Source: Synechococcus sp.
Lineage (GTDB): Bacteria > Cyanobacteriota > Cyanobacteriia > PCC-6307 > Cyanobiaceae
Assembly (NCBI GenBank): GCA_047285805.1
Contig: JBJBCN010000002.1
Location: forward strand, 832,001-896,000
Length of the DNA: 64,000 nt
Reading direction: 5' to 3'
Shown: in pieces, positions 53,661 to 63,409 of the stretch
How the letters are laid out: each line of letters begins with the position of its first letter
Numbering within the stretch: the first letter of the stretch is position 1
The notes under the pieces: model-generated
The model's database searches: none
What the model was told of the DNA's origin: nothing
Seen by the model: the letters and a program-made list of their open reading frames with translations, nothing else
Program-made: the position numbers and the translations under genes

Positions 53661-53777
53661 AACGGTGTCATTTGCATCAAAGCTCTATCTGTGGTGTGAA
53701 CTTGGTGAGTAGGTCCTGTCATTGGTTGCAGAAATTTATGACGTCATTACCTTGCGGTTCTCGCCAATCACGAGGAG

Positions 53778-53942
53778 ATGGCATTCGATCGAACAGATCC
53801 AACGCTTCGGGTTGTTCAGGCTGCCAAGGAGGCTGCCAGGGCAGTACTCAATGAGCAGTCCCCAAAGCTCACAGTGCTTGAGAAAGCAATGTGGCTAAAG
53901 CTCAAAGAAGAGCAGCAACAGGCAAATGACAAGGCAGCTTGA
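53778..53942 (+). CDS. 54-aa helical microprotein
   Basis: GAGGAG directly before ATG; MAFDRTDPTLRVVQAAKEAARAVLNEQSPKLTVLEKAMWLKLKEEQQQANDKAA*. Confidence 0.5.
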   Translation: MAFDRTDPTLRVVQAAKEAARAVLNEQSPKLTVLEKAMWLKLKEEQQQANDKAA

Positions 53943-54341
53943 ACTATGAACTGGCTGCTGGTGCTTGTGATGGGGACGATTGCTGTAGGAACAGTTATCG
54001 GAACGACGCTACCGGCCTTATGAGCTGCCTGTCCTTTCGTAGGTCGGAGCCCCAACTAGCCCCAGCGCCAAGTGGTCAAGCACTAAAAACATGTACCTTT
54101 TGAGCCTGGGAAGACGTGCTTCCTATGAAAAACCTTCGCTTTAGACGAAGAGAGGTAATCCCCGGCAGGTAGCTGGGACATCGGATGTGTTCAGCTTGCA
54201 TAAATACGAACATTCCCCCAAATCCAAATGGCCTAATGAGATTGATGCGTTTCTCTCCGTGAAGGCACCGCCTGGCCGGGACACCTATTTTGTACTGAAG
54301 CAAGATTTCCGCAGCCTCTTCTCCGTCTGCTGGGCGTTGCT

Positions 54342-54524
54342 CTAATCCTGTGGAAGTCTGGCTTCTCGCTCTCTCCGGGTCGGTCCGTAGTACTTACGAA
54401 TCGTGAGGGGATGATCGCCAAAGGATCGCTTCGCAAGAACCAAGGCAACCGCCTCGTTGATAGCCACAAAATGAATGCGCTTCTCCCCGCAAGGGGTATG
54501 AGCAGTTATGTCAAACCCGTGCAT
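54342..54524 (-). CDS. Hypothetical small protein
   Basis: 60-aa ORF with plausible composition. Confidence 0.35.
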   Translation of the reverse strand: MHGFDITAHTPCGEKRIHFVAINEAVALVLAKRSFGDHPLTIRKYYGPTRREREARLPQD

Positions 54525-54660
54525 TGCCTCTGGCGAGTTGAATCAATTCTCTTCTTAAGCACTTTCCTGCATCACGACAACAGGTTTACGAAAAAGTTCT
54601 CCTTCAGCTTGAAAGTGGAAGCAGGGCAGCGATCTTGGAGCAATAGCTACCAAAAGAAAT

Positions 54661-54909
54661 GTGATCCCCAGGACATGGGCGGTTTTCACTACTGCTTCTC
54701 CATCTGATCCACGAGAGCGTTTAACCGACCTTCGTCACCTAGATGTGACCAAGTTCCACAGAGACCAAGCCGAGCTGACTGGCTACACGCTGGACCGCTG
54801 GGATCTTCACGGTGTTCCCTGCGCCTGCTGTGAGTGCACTGCTGAGTACGAGACCCTGCGGCTGATGCAGATCGAGAAGAACAAGCAATTTCTGAGGAAA
54901 GAGGACTGA
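54661..54909 (+). CDS. Small Cys-motif protein (start uncertain)
   Basis: HGVPCACCEC motif. Confidence 0.5.
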   Translation: MIPRTWAVFTTASPSDPRERLTDLRHLDVTKFHRDQAELTGYTLDRWDLHGVPCACCECTAEYETLRLMQIEKNKQFLRKED

Positions 54910-54911
54910 CC

Positions 54912-55070
54912 ATGGACATTGAAGAGGCCGATGAGCGACTTGCTTCTGGGTGGCATGTCGATCCATCGGAGCTAAATCCCCAGGACAGTCCTCAGCGGCG
55001 GCGCTATCTCAAGACAGTCGATGGCTTCAGAAGTCCGAAGGATCTGGACAGCCAGCGTCAATCCAGCTGA
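54912..55070 (+). CDS. 52-aa microprotein
   Basis: Starts 2 nt after the previous stop with GAGGA upstream; MDIEEADERLASGWHVDPSELNPQ... Confidence 0.45.
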   Translation: MDIEEADERLASGWHVDPSELNPQDSPQRRRYLKTVDGFRSPKDLDSQRQSS

Positions 55071-55717
55071 AGAGCAGGAAGCAGGACGTCGAACAGCTTA
55101 TTTGTGATTCATCAGACCCATGGATTACGTAAAGGTGGTGTGAGTCCAGGCTTACCTAATCGCACATAAGCGCCTCTACCACCCTCCTCGCGACTGAAGA
55201 GTCGGTCATGGTGCTGTTATCGGTCTTGTTCATCGAGGGACTGCTCGAGGAGTGCCCCCGCCTCTTCCAAGGCTTCGGTCCGCCTTGCGATGTCAAGCTC
55301 CCGCTGATGAGCTTCTGAATAGAGCTGCAGCCTTTCCCCGTTCATCATCTCCGTGTAGGCGAGAGCTCTTGGCTTTGGAGTCTTCACGGGTCAGTCAGTC
55401 TGCTTCTCCCAGCGGTCACGCCGGATCTTGGTGCAGAGATCACAGCGACAACAAAGTCATCGCCCTTGGCACCAATGCAGTCCTTGAACCCCTCTTGCCC
55501 CCATCGGGTGTGGGCTGTGTTCGGCCACAACATGGCTAGGTCATCGTCGCTTGAAGCGGTATTCAGAATGACTGCCATCTCTGCATCATGCACATAGATC
55601 CGGAAAAGTGGTTGTATGAGACGCATTTTGCTTCCACAAACTTCAAGCCGAAGACCTAAGCGGAGTTAAAGTAGGGATTCGACGCTAGACACCACCTTGA
55701 CTCCGTGGAGCGCGTCA

Positions 55718-55790
55718 ATAAAAAGCCCCTGGTGTTCGACTCCCAGAGGCTCGGGTCTCCCATGACGCCGGCAAACCCACGCCGGTGCTA
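55718..55790 (-). ncRNA. Candidate two-hairpin small RNA ending in a terminator
   Basis: Minus strand: CACCGGCGUGGGUUUGCCGGCG hairpin, UCAUGGGAGACCCG linker, AGCCUCUGG...CCAGGGGCU-UUUU terminator. Confidence 0.45.
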
Positions 55791-55867
55791 AGCCAATTGA
55801 AGCGATGACAGCAGCTGTTGCAATCAGTATTTCTACGCGTCAAGCGTCTCAACGTGTTGATTCGGTG

Positions 55868-56086
55868 TCAGACAAAGTCTTTGTAAGAAGCTGAGCGGAA
55901 GTTTGTTGAGTAAGGAAACTGGTAACCAACTTCCATAAAGCTCAGAGATTCCTCAGCACGGTACAGACTGTCGACGAAGTGGCAGCTTCTTTCCTGATCA
56001 CATACAAGGAACTTTCCCTCAGCGATTCGGTCTATCGATGCTCCATGCGGAGTGGTGGTAATTCTCGTGCTTTTTGATACAACCAT
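55868..56086 (-). CDS. Small hypothetical protein
   Basis: 72 aa, ATG start; RIAEGKFLVCDQERSCHFVDSLYRAEE. Confidence 0.6.
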   Translation of the reverse strand: MVVSKSTRITTTPHGASIDRIAEGKFLVCDQERSCHFVDSLYRAEESLSFMEVGYQFPYSTNFRSASYKDFV

Positions 56087-57100
56087 TAGAAAGGCGCTAC
56101 AAGGACATAGCTGTCATGGCTTTGATCGGCAAAGGGATGCCGTATCAGTGAACACTTTTTTGAATCTTGATTGGTTTCTCTAGGCAAGAATCCCTAAGAC
56201 ATTGAATCGGTATTAGCAGCTACGCACTTCAATCAGAAAGATGAGTTATCGATGCGGCAACATCACTGATCGATACGATGGAAATCCTTTTCCTGCTGGC
56301 GATAATCACAGCCACTTCGCTGATGGGTCTCAAGATGACGCCAAGAAAGAGGCTCGACTAGATGTGTGTAAATCTGTAAGTGCTCGCCGAATGCAGACAC
56401 GACTCAAATAAAAGAGTGCCGTTCGCCTTTATGTGTAAGCAGAGCCACTCCCCTAGGGATAGCCAATCGGGAAATCCCCCCAGTAGAAGGTCCTCTCCTG
56501 CCAGGTTAAGTGCCATGGAGGGCCCCTCTTACATCGATCTTTCTTGCTTCTCAGCGGCAAAGTCGCTGGTGAACCATACGACCAATTACGGCCGCCTGAT
56601 AGACCTCAAGGCAATAAATAGAAAGCCAGTCAAAAGAGCCCGTAGTGATAACTATACAGACGGGGACTGGCGCACGTACAAATAAAGCCGCGCAATCAAG
56701 TTCTAACCGTGGTTAAGCCCGGTTAATAGTCGCGCCCGCCCATACACCGATTAATCCTGTTCACTGAGAGAGCTAGATCGAGCATTGACCTGCTCTTCAC
56801 GAAGCGCGTTGGTCGAACCACGCAACTGAGCTATACAGCCGCCAGGAGTCCGACAGGCAAAAGCGAGAGGCCTACAAGGACCAGAGCCACCCCAGTGCCA
56901 GGTGAGTGGATGTTGGCAGTGAACCAGGACCTCTGGGCCATTGCTGTCGTCACTTCCACCACTTTGATAGCAATTGCGGCTGATAGTCGAATTTTTCTGT
57001 CTGCGGCGCCGTGACTTAGGCGACTGACGCAGTAATTAGGCCACTTCTAGGCCACCTTGACTCTCTAAGGCTTCACGAATCCAGTACACAAAGGGCAATT

Positions 57101-57194
57101 CGGAACTCACCTGCCATTTCTGTAACGAGAGGTCTATGACGTCTAGGCCGCAGAGCTGCAGGAGCTCGTCGACGAGCTGTCCCCAGCCACCTAA
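57101..57194 (+). repeat. Right copy (attR-like): displaced, decayed hslO 3' end
   Basis: Encodes [28 protein letters not shown], with a 2-bp insertion and CAG>TAG. Confidence 0.93.
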
Positions 57195-57273
57195 CGGCTG
57201 AAGAAGTGTCCTCAGGCCATCACTAGACACGCTCGCCCGGAGCTGTAACAAGGTTGTTCTGCAGGTGCTGGCG

Positions 57274-57432
57274 ATGACCTGGTTTCCCCACTGCCTGAAC
57301 TGCAGTCACTTCTGGCTCAGCAGCTCAAACCAAAGCGGCGGCTGCCACCTCTGGGCGATCACGATTCCGGCTGGATCCGCACGGACCCTGCGCTGCCACA
57401 GCTGGATTCGCCTGGGGAAGAAGGCGAATTAA
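57274..57432 (+). CDS. 52-aa Cys/His microprotein
   Basis: MTWFPHCLNCSHF...GGCHL...LRCHSW. Confidence 0.5.
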   Translation: MTWFPHCLNCSHFWLSSSNQSGGCHLWAITIPAGSARTLRCHSWIRLGKKAN

Positions 57433-58115
57433 GCGATCAGCAGGGCACCCAGGAGCAAGAGCAGCAACGCAGGCAGGCTCTGCACCTGATGGGCATCTAG
57501 GGGAAGTCCCAGGGGCAGACTCGGATCCAAAACCTGCAGCAGCAGAGCACCGAGCCCCAGCCCCAAGCTGAGCAGCAGCACGCTGAAGCCCACGGCCTGA
57601 GGGAAACGTCGGTTACGCCGCTGCAGCAGCACCACGCTGAACAGGGTGGAGAGGGCGAGGACCAGTTCAGCCGATGAGGGCGGGGTGAAGAGAAGCAGCA
57701 GGGTCAAGGTCGCAAAGCCACCAAGCGGCAGCCAGCGCTGCTGCCCTTCCGCCAGCTCCAGACTCGGGAGCGAGCTGGAGGGAAGGGACGCCTTGGGCAG
57801 AGCGGGGAGCTTGGGTAGGGAAGGCAGGGAGGGACGCGCGGAAGCCGCAGGGGCCGGCGCCTTGGCTTCGCGAGCGGACGCATTCATGGCTGCAGTGCTG
57901 ACCTTGCCCTGTTGCCGATCCTTGAGGCGGTCCATCAGGACGGCGTCATAAGCCGCCTCAACCTGAGCCCGAGCCTGGGGATTTTCGCCAACTTCTTCCA
58001 GTCGCGCCTGCTTGGCAGCCTGGACAGCTTCAAAGCTGGCGCCGGTCTCAATGCCCAAGCGCTCGTAGGGACTGGGCTGAGAACCGGTCGAGGAGGAGTC
58101 AGGACCATGGTTCAT
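57429..58115 (-). CDS. CPP1-like (J-like domain + TM) protein
   Basis: SPYERLGI...ASFEAVQAAK...VEAAYDAVLMDRL, C-terminal TM helices. Confidence 0.88.
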   Translation of the reverse strand: MNHGPDSSSTGSQPSPYERLGIETGASFEAVQAAKQARLEEVGENPQARAQVEAAYDAVLMDRLKDRQQGKVSTAAMNASAREAKAPAPAASARPSLPSLPKLPALPKASLPSSSLPSLELAEGQQRWLPLGGFATLTLLLLFTPPSSAELVLALSTLFSVVLLQRRNRRFPQAVGFSVLLLSLGLGLGALLLQVLDPSLPLGLPLDAHQVQSLPALLLLLLGALLIA

Positions 58116-58152
58116 GCCACCGAGCGCCACAGGAAATCACGTCTCAGCGTAG

Positions 58153-58377
58153 TCAGAACAGAGGCTCACTCGACTGGAAACCCAGCTGGCTGAGCAACAC
58201 GGAGCGATGGTATTCAGCCTCATCGAGCTGGAGCCAGCAGCGACGCTTCAGCAGGGGCATCTGCGGCGGCAAATGGCTGCCTTCACGCATCTCGATGCCC
58301 GTGCCACCACGGACAAAATTCACGTAATCATTTCCCCCATCTGTCCTGGGGCGAACGAACCAGAGAGAACCAGGCAT
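58153..58377 (-). CDS. Small conserved hypothetical protein
   Basis: MREGSHLPPQMPLLK...GFQSSEPLF. Confidence 0.6.
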   Translation of the reverse strand: MPGSLWFVRPRTDGGNDYVNFVRGGTGIEMREGSHLPPQMPLLKRRCWLQLDEAEYHRSVLLSQLGFQSSEPLF

Positions 58378-58454
58378 CAGCCAATCAGCCTGTGATATTT
58401 CGTTGCGTATGATTCTGGCGCTCCAAGAGATGCAACCGCGAGCGCTCCCATAGC

Positions 58455-60092
58455 TCAGAGAGCAATGGGCTCAACACCACTCACCACAGGGGCCACGGCG
58501 CTGAGTTCCAAGTCGGGATGGTCCTCCGCCAGCTGGTTCAGATTCCAGTGGTTCTTGAACAGCAGCACCGGGCGATCCCAGGCGTCGCGAACGGTCTTGC
58601 AGTTAAAGATCCGACCAACCTTCTCCAGTTCACTCCAGCCGCCAACGACCCACCGAGCCACCGAGAACCCCAACGGCTCAAGCCGGGTCTGCACGCCGTA
58701 CTCGCTCTCAAGGCGGTACTGAACAACCTCCAGTTGCAATTGGCCAACGGCCGCCAGGACCGGATCGCGCTTGCTCTGGTCGGTGTCGTAAAGGATCTGC
58801 ACCGCCCCCTCTTCGCGTAGCTCGTTGACGCCCTTGCGGAAGCTCTTGAAAGCGGACGGGTTTGGGTTGCGCAGCCAAGCGAAAATCTCCGGACTGAAGC
58901 AGGGGATGCCCTCGTACTCAACCCTGGTCCCTAGATAGAGGGTGTCGCCGATGGAGAACACCCCGGGGTTGTTCAAGCCGATGACATCACCGGGGTAGGC
59001 GTCCTCCACCACAGCCCGGTCCTGACCAAAAAGTTTCTGAGGACGGGACAGACGAATGGTCTTGCCGGTGCGGGCGTGCTGCACCGTCATGTCCTTTTCG
59101 AACTTGCCGCTGCAGACCCTCACAAACGCCACGCGGTCGCGGTGTCGGGGATCCATGTTGGCCTGCAGCTTGAAGACGAAGCCGCTGAATCCCGGGCGCA
59201 CCGGTTCGATCTCCCCGGCGCTGCTGGAGCGGGGGGTGGGTTTTTGGGCCAGCTCCAGAAAGGCATCCAAAAACGGCCGCACCCCGAAGTTGGTCATGGC
59301 CGAACCGAAGAACACCGGGCTGAGCTCCCCGGCGTGGACCAGCTCCAGATCGAGCTCGTTGCCGGCGGCCTCCAGCAGTTCCAGTTCCTCGAGAGCCGCC
59401 TCAAGCAAATCCTCCTCAACCGAACCGCGGGCTTCATCGACGCTCAGCACCTTCTCTTCTGAAGCCCGCCCCCGCTCGGCTCGTTGAAAGAGGATCACCT
59501 CTTTCGTACGGCGATCAATCACACCCCGGAAACGATCCCCGCTGCCGATCGGCCAATTCACCGGCCAGCAGGCCAGACCCAAATCCTGTTCGATCTCATC
59601 GAGTAGCTCTAGGGGTTCGCGCCCCGGCCGATCCATCTTGTTGATGAAGGTGAAGATCGGGATGCGACGCATTCGGCAGACCTCGAACAACTTGCGGGTC
59701 TGCGGCTCAAGGCCCTTCGCGGCGTCCTCGAGCATCACCGCATTGTCCGCAGCCGCCAGGGTCCGATAGGTGTCTTCGGAGAAGTCCTGGTGACCGGGGG
59801 TATCAAGCAGGTTGACCGTGCTGCCGCTGTAATCGAACTGCAGGACCGTTGAGGTGATCGAAATCCCCCGCTGCTTCTCTAGCTCCATCCAGTCGGAAGT
59901 GACCTTGCGCTGCTCGCCCTTGGCCTTCACGGCGCCGGCTTGCTGAATAGCCCCCCCGTAAAGAAGGAGCTTCTCGGTGAGGGTGGTCTTCCCCGCGTCG
60001 GGGTGGGAAATGATCGCGAAGTTGCGGCGGCGGGATACGGCTTCCGCCAAGGCCTCGAGCTCAGGGGTGGTGCTCACGCTGCTGCTGGTCAT
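58455..60092 (-). CDS. prfC: Peptide chain release factor 3
   Basis: [48 protein letters not shown]. Confidence 0.98.
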   Translation of the reverse strand: MTSSSVSTTPELEALAEAVSRRRNFAIISHPDAGKTTLTEKLLLYGGAIQQAGAVKAKGEQRKVTSDWMELEKQRGISITSTVLQFDYSGSTVNLLDTPGHQDFSEDTYRTLAAADNAVMLEDAAKGLEPQTRKLFEVCRMRRIPIFTFINKMDRPGREPLELLDEIEQDLGLACWPVNWPIGSGDRFRGVIDRRTKEVILFQRAERGRASEEKVLSVDEARGSVEEDLLEAALEELELLEAAGNELDLELVHAGELSPVFFGSAMTNFGVRPFLDAFLELAQKPTPRSSSAGEIEPVRPGFSGFVFKLQANMDPRHRDRVAFVRVCSGKFEKDMTVQHARTGKTIRLSRPQKLFGQDRAVVEDAYPGDVIGLNNPGVFSIGDTLYLGTRVEYEGIPCFSPEIFAWLRNPNPSAFKSFRKGVNELREEGAVQILYDTDQSKRDPVLAAVGQLQLEVVQYRLESEYGVQTRLEPLGFSVARWVVGGWSELEKVGRIFNCKTVRDAWDRPVLLFKNHWNLNQLAEDHPDLELSAVAPVVSGVEPIAL

Positions 60093-60114
60093 GGCGCCAG
60101 CCTGACAGGTGAAC

Positions 60115-60777
60115 TCACGGCAATTCCCCCCAAACCTCTAAGTAACGGTCATCGACCTCGGCGACCTGAAACATCTCCAAGCCAGAGCGCTGCAACTGCT
60201 GCCTCACCTCAGCGGCGGTAAAGGCGGCATGCAGGGAAGCCAGGTAGTCGTGCTGGAGCACCGGCGGTGCCTCTGCCAGGTAGCGCTCCCGCAATGAGTC
60301 CGCGACCTCGGGACTGGGGGGACGGCGCAGGTCCTTGAGGTAGACCCGCGCCCCCGGAGCAGCCGCTTGGGCGATGGCCAGCCAGAGCATCAGCGGATCG
60401 TGGAAATGGTGCAGCGTGCTGTTGCTCAGCACAGCACTGCAGCCCGAAGGCAGATCCGGCGATGGCAGGCAATGCTCGACAAAGGAGAGGCGTCCGCGCA
60501 GATCCGCTTCCTGGCCCAGGCGACGCTGAGCCAACCGGAGCATCGACGCGGCACCATCTAGGCCAATCACCGCAGCGTCTGGATAGGCCCGGGCCAGACG
60601 AAAGCTGATGTTTCCAGGACCGCAGCCCAGATCCAAAATTCGCTCCCCCAACCCCCTTGGGAAGAGCTCCGCGATGCGGGTGACCAGGCTCTGGTCACCC
60701 GCACTGAAATCAGCCGCGGCATAGGCAGAGGCCTGCTCGGGGGCATCCATCAATTCCGGTTCAGGGGTGCGCTGCAT
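60115..60777 (-). CDS. Class I SAM-dependent methyltransferase
   Basis: [31 protein letters not shown]. Confidence 0.92.
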   Translation of the reverse strand: MQRTPEPELMDAPEQASAYAAADFSAGDQSLVTRIAELFPRGLGERILDLGCGPGNISFRLARAYPDAAVIGLDGAASMLRLAQRRLGQEADLRGRLSFVEHCLPSPDLPSGCSAVLSNSTLHHFHDPLMLWLAIAQAAAPGARVYLKDLRRPPSPEVADSLRERYLAEAPPVLQHDYLASLHAAFTAAEVRQQLQRSGLEMFQVAEVDDRYLEVWGELP

Positions 60778-60871
60778 CCACAAGCCGAGCAAGTCAGGTT
60801 CAGTCTGACGAAAATTCCAGATTTTCCACATCCCAGTCCCACACAGGCAGCAGAACGGCAGAACCCATCAA

Positions 60872-60919
60872 GCACCGTCGGTAGTGGCAACGGCAACTTG
60901 CAGACCCCATCAGTGGCGT
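60872..60919 (+). promoter_or_regulatory. Candidate tandem NrdR boxes upstream of nrdJ
   Basis: GCACCGTCGGTAGTGG (60872) and ACCCCATCAGTGGCGT (60904), 32 bp apart, each 9/16 to ACACWATATATWGTGT. Confidence 0.55.
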
Positions 60920-60950
60920 TAGGGTGCCGGAACGTTGAAGATCGACGCCC

Positions 60951-63293
60951 GTGACCGTGTCAGTTCCTGGAGCCAGTGCCGCAAGCAGCACCAGCGCCCT
61001 GAACAGCCCCAGACCTGACTTTCCAGCGACTGCCCCTGCCGCCAACCCGGTCTTCTACCGCACTTACAGCCGCAAAACACCCAACGGCCGCGAAAGCTGG
61101 AACGAGGTCGCCGAGCGCAACCTGTCCGGCCTGCGCAAGCTCGGCAATCTGAGCGAGGAGGAAGTAACCCTGCTGCGGCGGATGCAGCAGGAGCAAAAGG
61201 CACTGCCCTCAGGCCGTTGGCTCTGGATTGGTGGCACCCCCTGGATCGAGCAGGAGACGAACTTCTCAGGCTCCTACAACTGCACCTCCACCAACTTGGT
61301 CGATTGGGAAGCCTTCGGTCTGATGATGGACCTGGCGATGATGGGCTGCGGCACCGGCGCCATCATTGAGCCGCACCTGATCGAGCGTCTGCCCGCGGTG
61401 CGCAACACAATCAAGGTGACCGGCGTTAGCGACATCGGCGTCACCCCTGCCGGCCAGCGGCAAGAGACTACGACTTACCAGATCAACGGCCAAACCGTGT
61501 CGGTGAGGGTGGGCGACACCCGCCGCGGATGGGTGGACAGCTATCAGCTGTTGCTGGAACTCTGCAGCGACGAGCGCTTCGACACGACCACTCCGATCGA
61601 GGTCAGCGTTGACCTCTCCGATGTTCGCCCCGTCGGCGAGACCCTTAAGGGCTTCGGCGGCATGGCCAATCCGGTGAAGCTCAAGGACCTCTATGGCCGC
61701 GTTGCCCAAATCCTGAACAAGGCCCAGGGCCGCCAGCTCACCTCGGTGGAGTGCTGCCTGCTCATCGACGAAGCCGCCGTCACGATCGTGGCCGGAAACA
61801 TTCGCCGCAGCGCCGGCATGCGCCAGTTCGCTGCGGACGACAGCGCCGCCTCCACCGCCAAGGACAACCTCTGGCAACAGGACAGCGACGGTAACTGGCG
61901 CATTGACCCAGAACGTGATGCCCTGCGCATGGCGAACCACACCCGGGTCTTCCACAGCCGTCCCGACCGCCAGACCGTGCTCGAGGCAGTCACCAAACAG
62001 TTCCACTCCGGCGAAGGCGCAATTCAGTTCGCCCCTGAAGCCATCGCCCGCTCCAACGCCGATCTGCTCTCCACCCCTGCGCTTCGCAAGGAGTTCATGG
62101 ACGTCTACTGCGAGCAGGGACGTGAGGAAGCCAGCCGCTGGCTCACCACCAACCACCCCGACCTAAGCCCCGAGGAGATTGAGCATCGCCTCGGTCGCTA
62201 TGGCCTGAACCCCTGCGGCGAAATCCTGGGAGCGGACTTCCACTGCAACCTCGCCGAGATCCACCTCAACCGGATTGATCCCGACGACCTGGTGGCCCAA
62301 GAGCAGGCCTTCACCGCAGGCGGCCTGGCCGTGGCTTGTCTGCTCAACCACCGCTTTGAAGTGGAGCGCTACCGCCGAAGCCGTGCGTGGGATCCCATCG
62401 TCGGGGTGAGCTTCACCGGCCTGTTCGATTTCTTTGTCCATGCCTTTGGCACCCCCTGGCTGACCTGGTGGGAAGCCGGCCGCCCCGACAGCGAAGAAGG
62501 CCGCGCCTTCAAGAACAAGGAAGCCGAGTACCTCAGCCGCTGGAAGGAGATCGTCAACAAGGCGGTCTGGGACTACTGCGATCGGCACGGCCTGCGCCGC
62601 CCCAACCGCTGCACGACCGTTCAGCCCGCTGGCACTAAGAGCCTGCTCACCGGTGCCTCCCCCGGCTGGCACCCCCCCAAGGCCCAGCGCTTCATCCGCC
62701 GGATCACTTTCCGCAAGAACGATCCTGTCGCCCTGGCCTGCATGGACTACGGCTACTCGATCGTGCCGTCCCAATCCGACAAGGACGAAGAGGGTCGACT
62801 GCTGGACAACCCCTTTGACCCCCGTTGCACTGAGTGGCTGGTGGAAATCCCCACAGAGGTGAGCTGGGCGAACATCCCCGGTGCCGATGCCGTTGAGATC
62901 AACAACTTCTCGGCGATGGCCCAGTTCGACTTCTACATGCAGGTGCAGCAGCACTACACCGCACATAACACCTCGGCGACGGTGGAGTTCCGCGAGCATG
63001 AGATCGAACCGCTAACCGATGCGATCCACAATGCGATCGACAACGGCCAGGGCTACATCTCCGCGGCCCTGCTGGCTCGCTTTGATGCCAATGCCACCTT
63101 CCCCCGCCTGCCCTTTGAGCCCATCCACCAGGCCGCCTTCGAAGAGCTCCAAGCCGCCGTAGTTAGCCGCCGCAGCACCAACAATTTCTTCGAGGCTCTG
63201 CAGCGTTACGACGGCGGTGAATTGATTGACGCCGGCCCCGCGGGCTGCGACTCCGACAAGTGCCTCCTGCCCCTGGCTAAGCCTGAGAACTGA
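60951..63293 (+). CDS. nrdJ: Adenosylcobalamin-dependent (class II) ribonucleotide reductase
   Basis: FYRTYSR, LPSGRWLW, YNC, GNIRRSA, LNPCGE...CNLAE, TTVQPAGT, C-terminal CDSDKC. Confidence 0.97.
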   Translation: MTVSVPGASAASSTSALNSPRPDFPATAPAANPVFYRTYSRKTPNGRESWNEVAERNLSGLRKLGNLSEEEVTLLRRMQQEQKALPSGRWLWIGGTPWIEQETNFSGSYNCTSTNLVDWEAFGLMMDLAMMGCGTGAIIEPHLIERLPAVRNTIKVTGVSDIGVTPAGQRQETTTYQINGQTVSVRVGDTRRGWVDSYQLLLELCSDERFDTTTPIEVSVDLSDVRPVGETLKGFGGMANPVKLKDLYGRVAQILNKAQGRQLTSVECCLLIDEAAVTIVAGNIRRSAGMRQFAADDSAASTAKDNLWQQDSDGNWRIDPERDALRMANHTRVFHSRPDRQTVLEAVTKQFHSGEGAIQFAPEAIARSNADLLSTPALRKEFMDVYCEQGREEASRWLTTNHPDLSPEEIEHRLGRYGLNPCGEILGADFHCNLAEIHLNRIDPDDLVAQEQAFTAGGLAVACLLNHRFEVERYRRSRAWDPIVGVSFTGLFDFFVHAFGTPWLTWWEAGRPDSEEGRAFKNKEAEYLSRWKEIVNKAVWDYCDRHGLRRPNRCTTVQPAGTKSLLTGASPGWHPPKAQRFIRRITFRKNDPVALACMDYGYSIVPSQSDKDEEGRLLDNPFDPRCTEWLVEIPTEVSWANIPGADAVEINNFSAMAQFDFYMQVQQHYTAHNTSATVEFREHEIEPLTDAIHNAIDNGQGYISAALLARFDANATFPRLPFEPIHQAAFEELQAAVVSRRSTNNFFEALQRYDGGELIDAGPAGCDSDKCLLPLAKPEN

Positions 63294-63326
63294 CGCGCTC
63301 TCTTGCCCCTATGGCCGTCCCCAGAT

Positions 63327-63347
63327 CCGCCTGGCGGGCGGCTTTTT
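63327..63347 (+). terminator. Intrinsic terminator after nrdJ
   Basis: CCGCC-TGGCG-GGCGG then CTTTTT. Confidence 0.75.
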
Positions 63348-63409
63348 GCTGGGCATCCACAACCCCAACCCACAGCCGCTTAACATTTCTTCACACGGTC
63401 TTTCTGCTG

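Larger units (their letters stand above)
47069..57100. mobile_element. Integrative genomic island inserted at the hslO 3' end
   Basis: Flanking direct repeat, adjacent integrase remnant, drop in GC and loss of core codon bias. Confidence 0.9.

Noticed and set aside
60780..60950. Cobalamin riboswitch upstream of nrdJ
   Set aside because: No recognisable B12-box or conserved core; the region is short and better explained by protein-binding sites.
60951..63293. Intein or intron in nrdJ
   Set aside because: Continuous ORF of ordinary length with no splice motifs.
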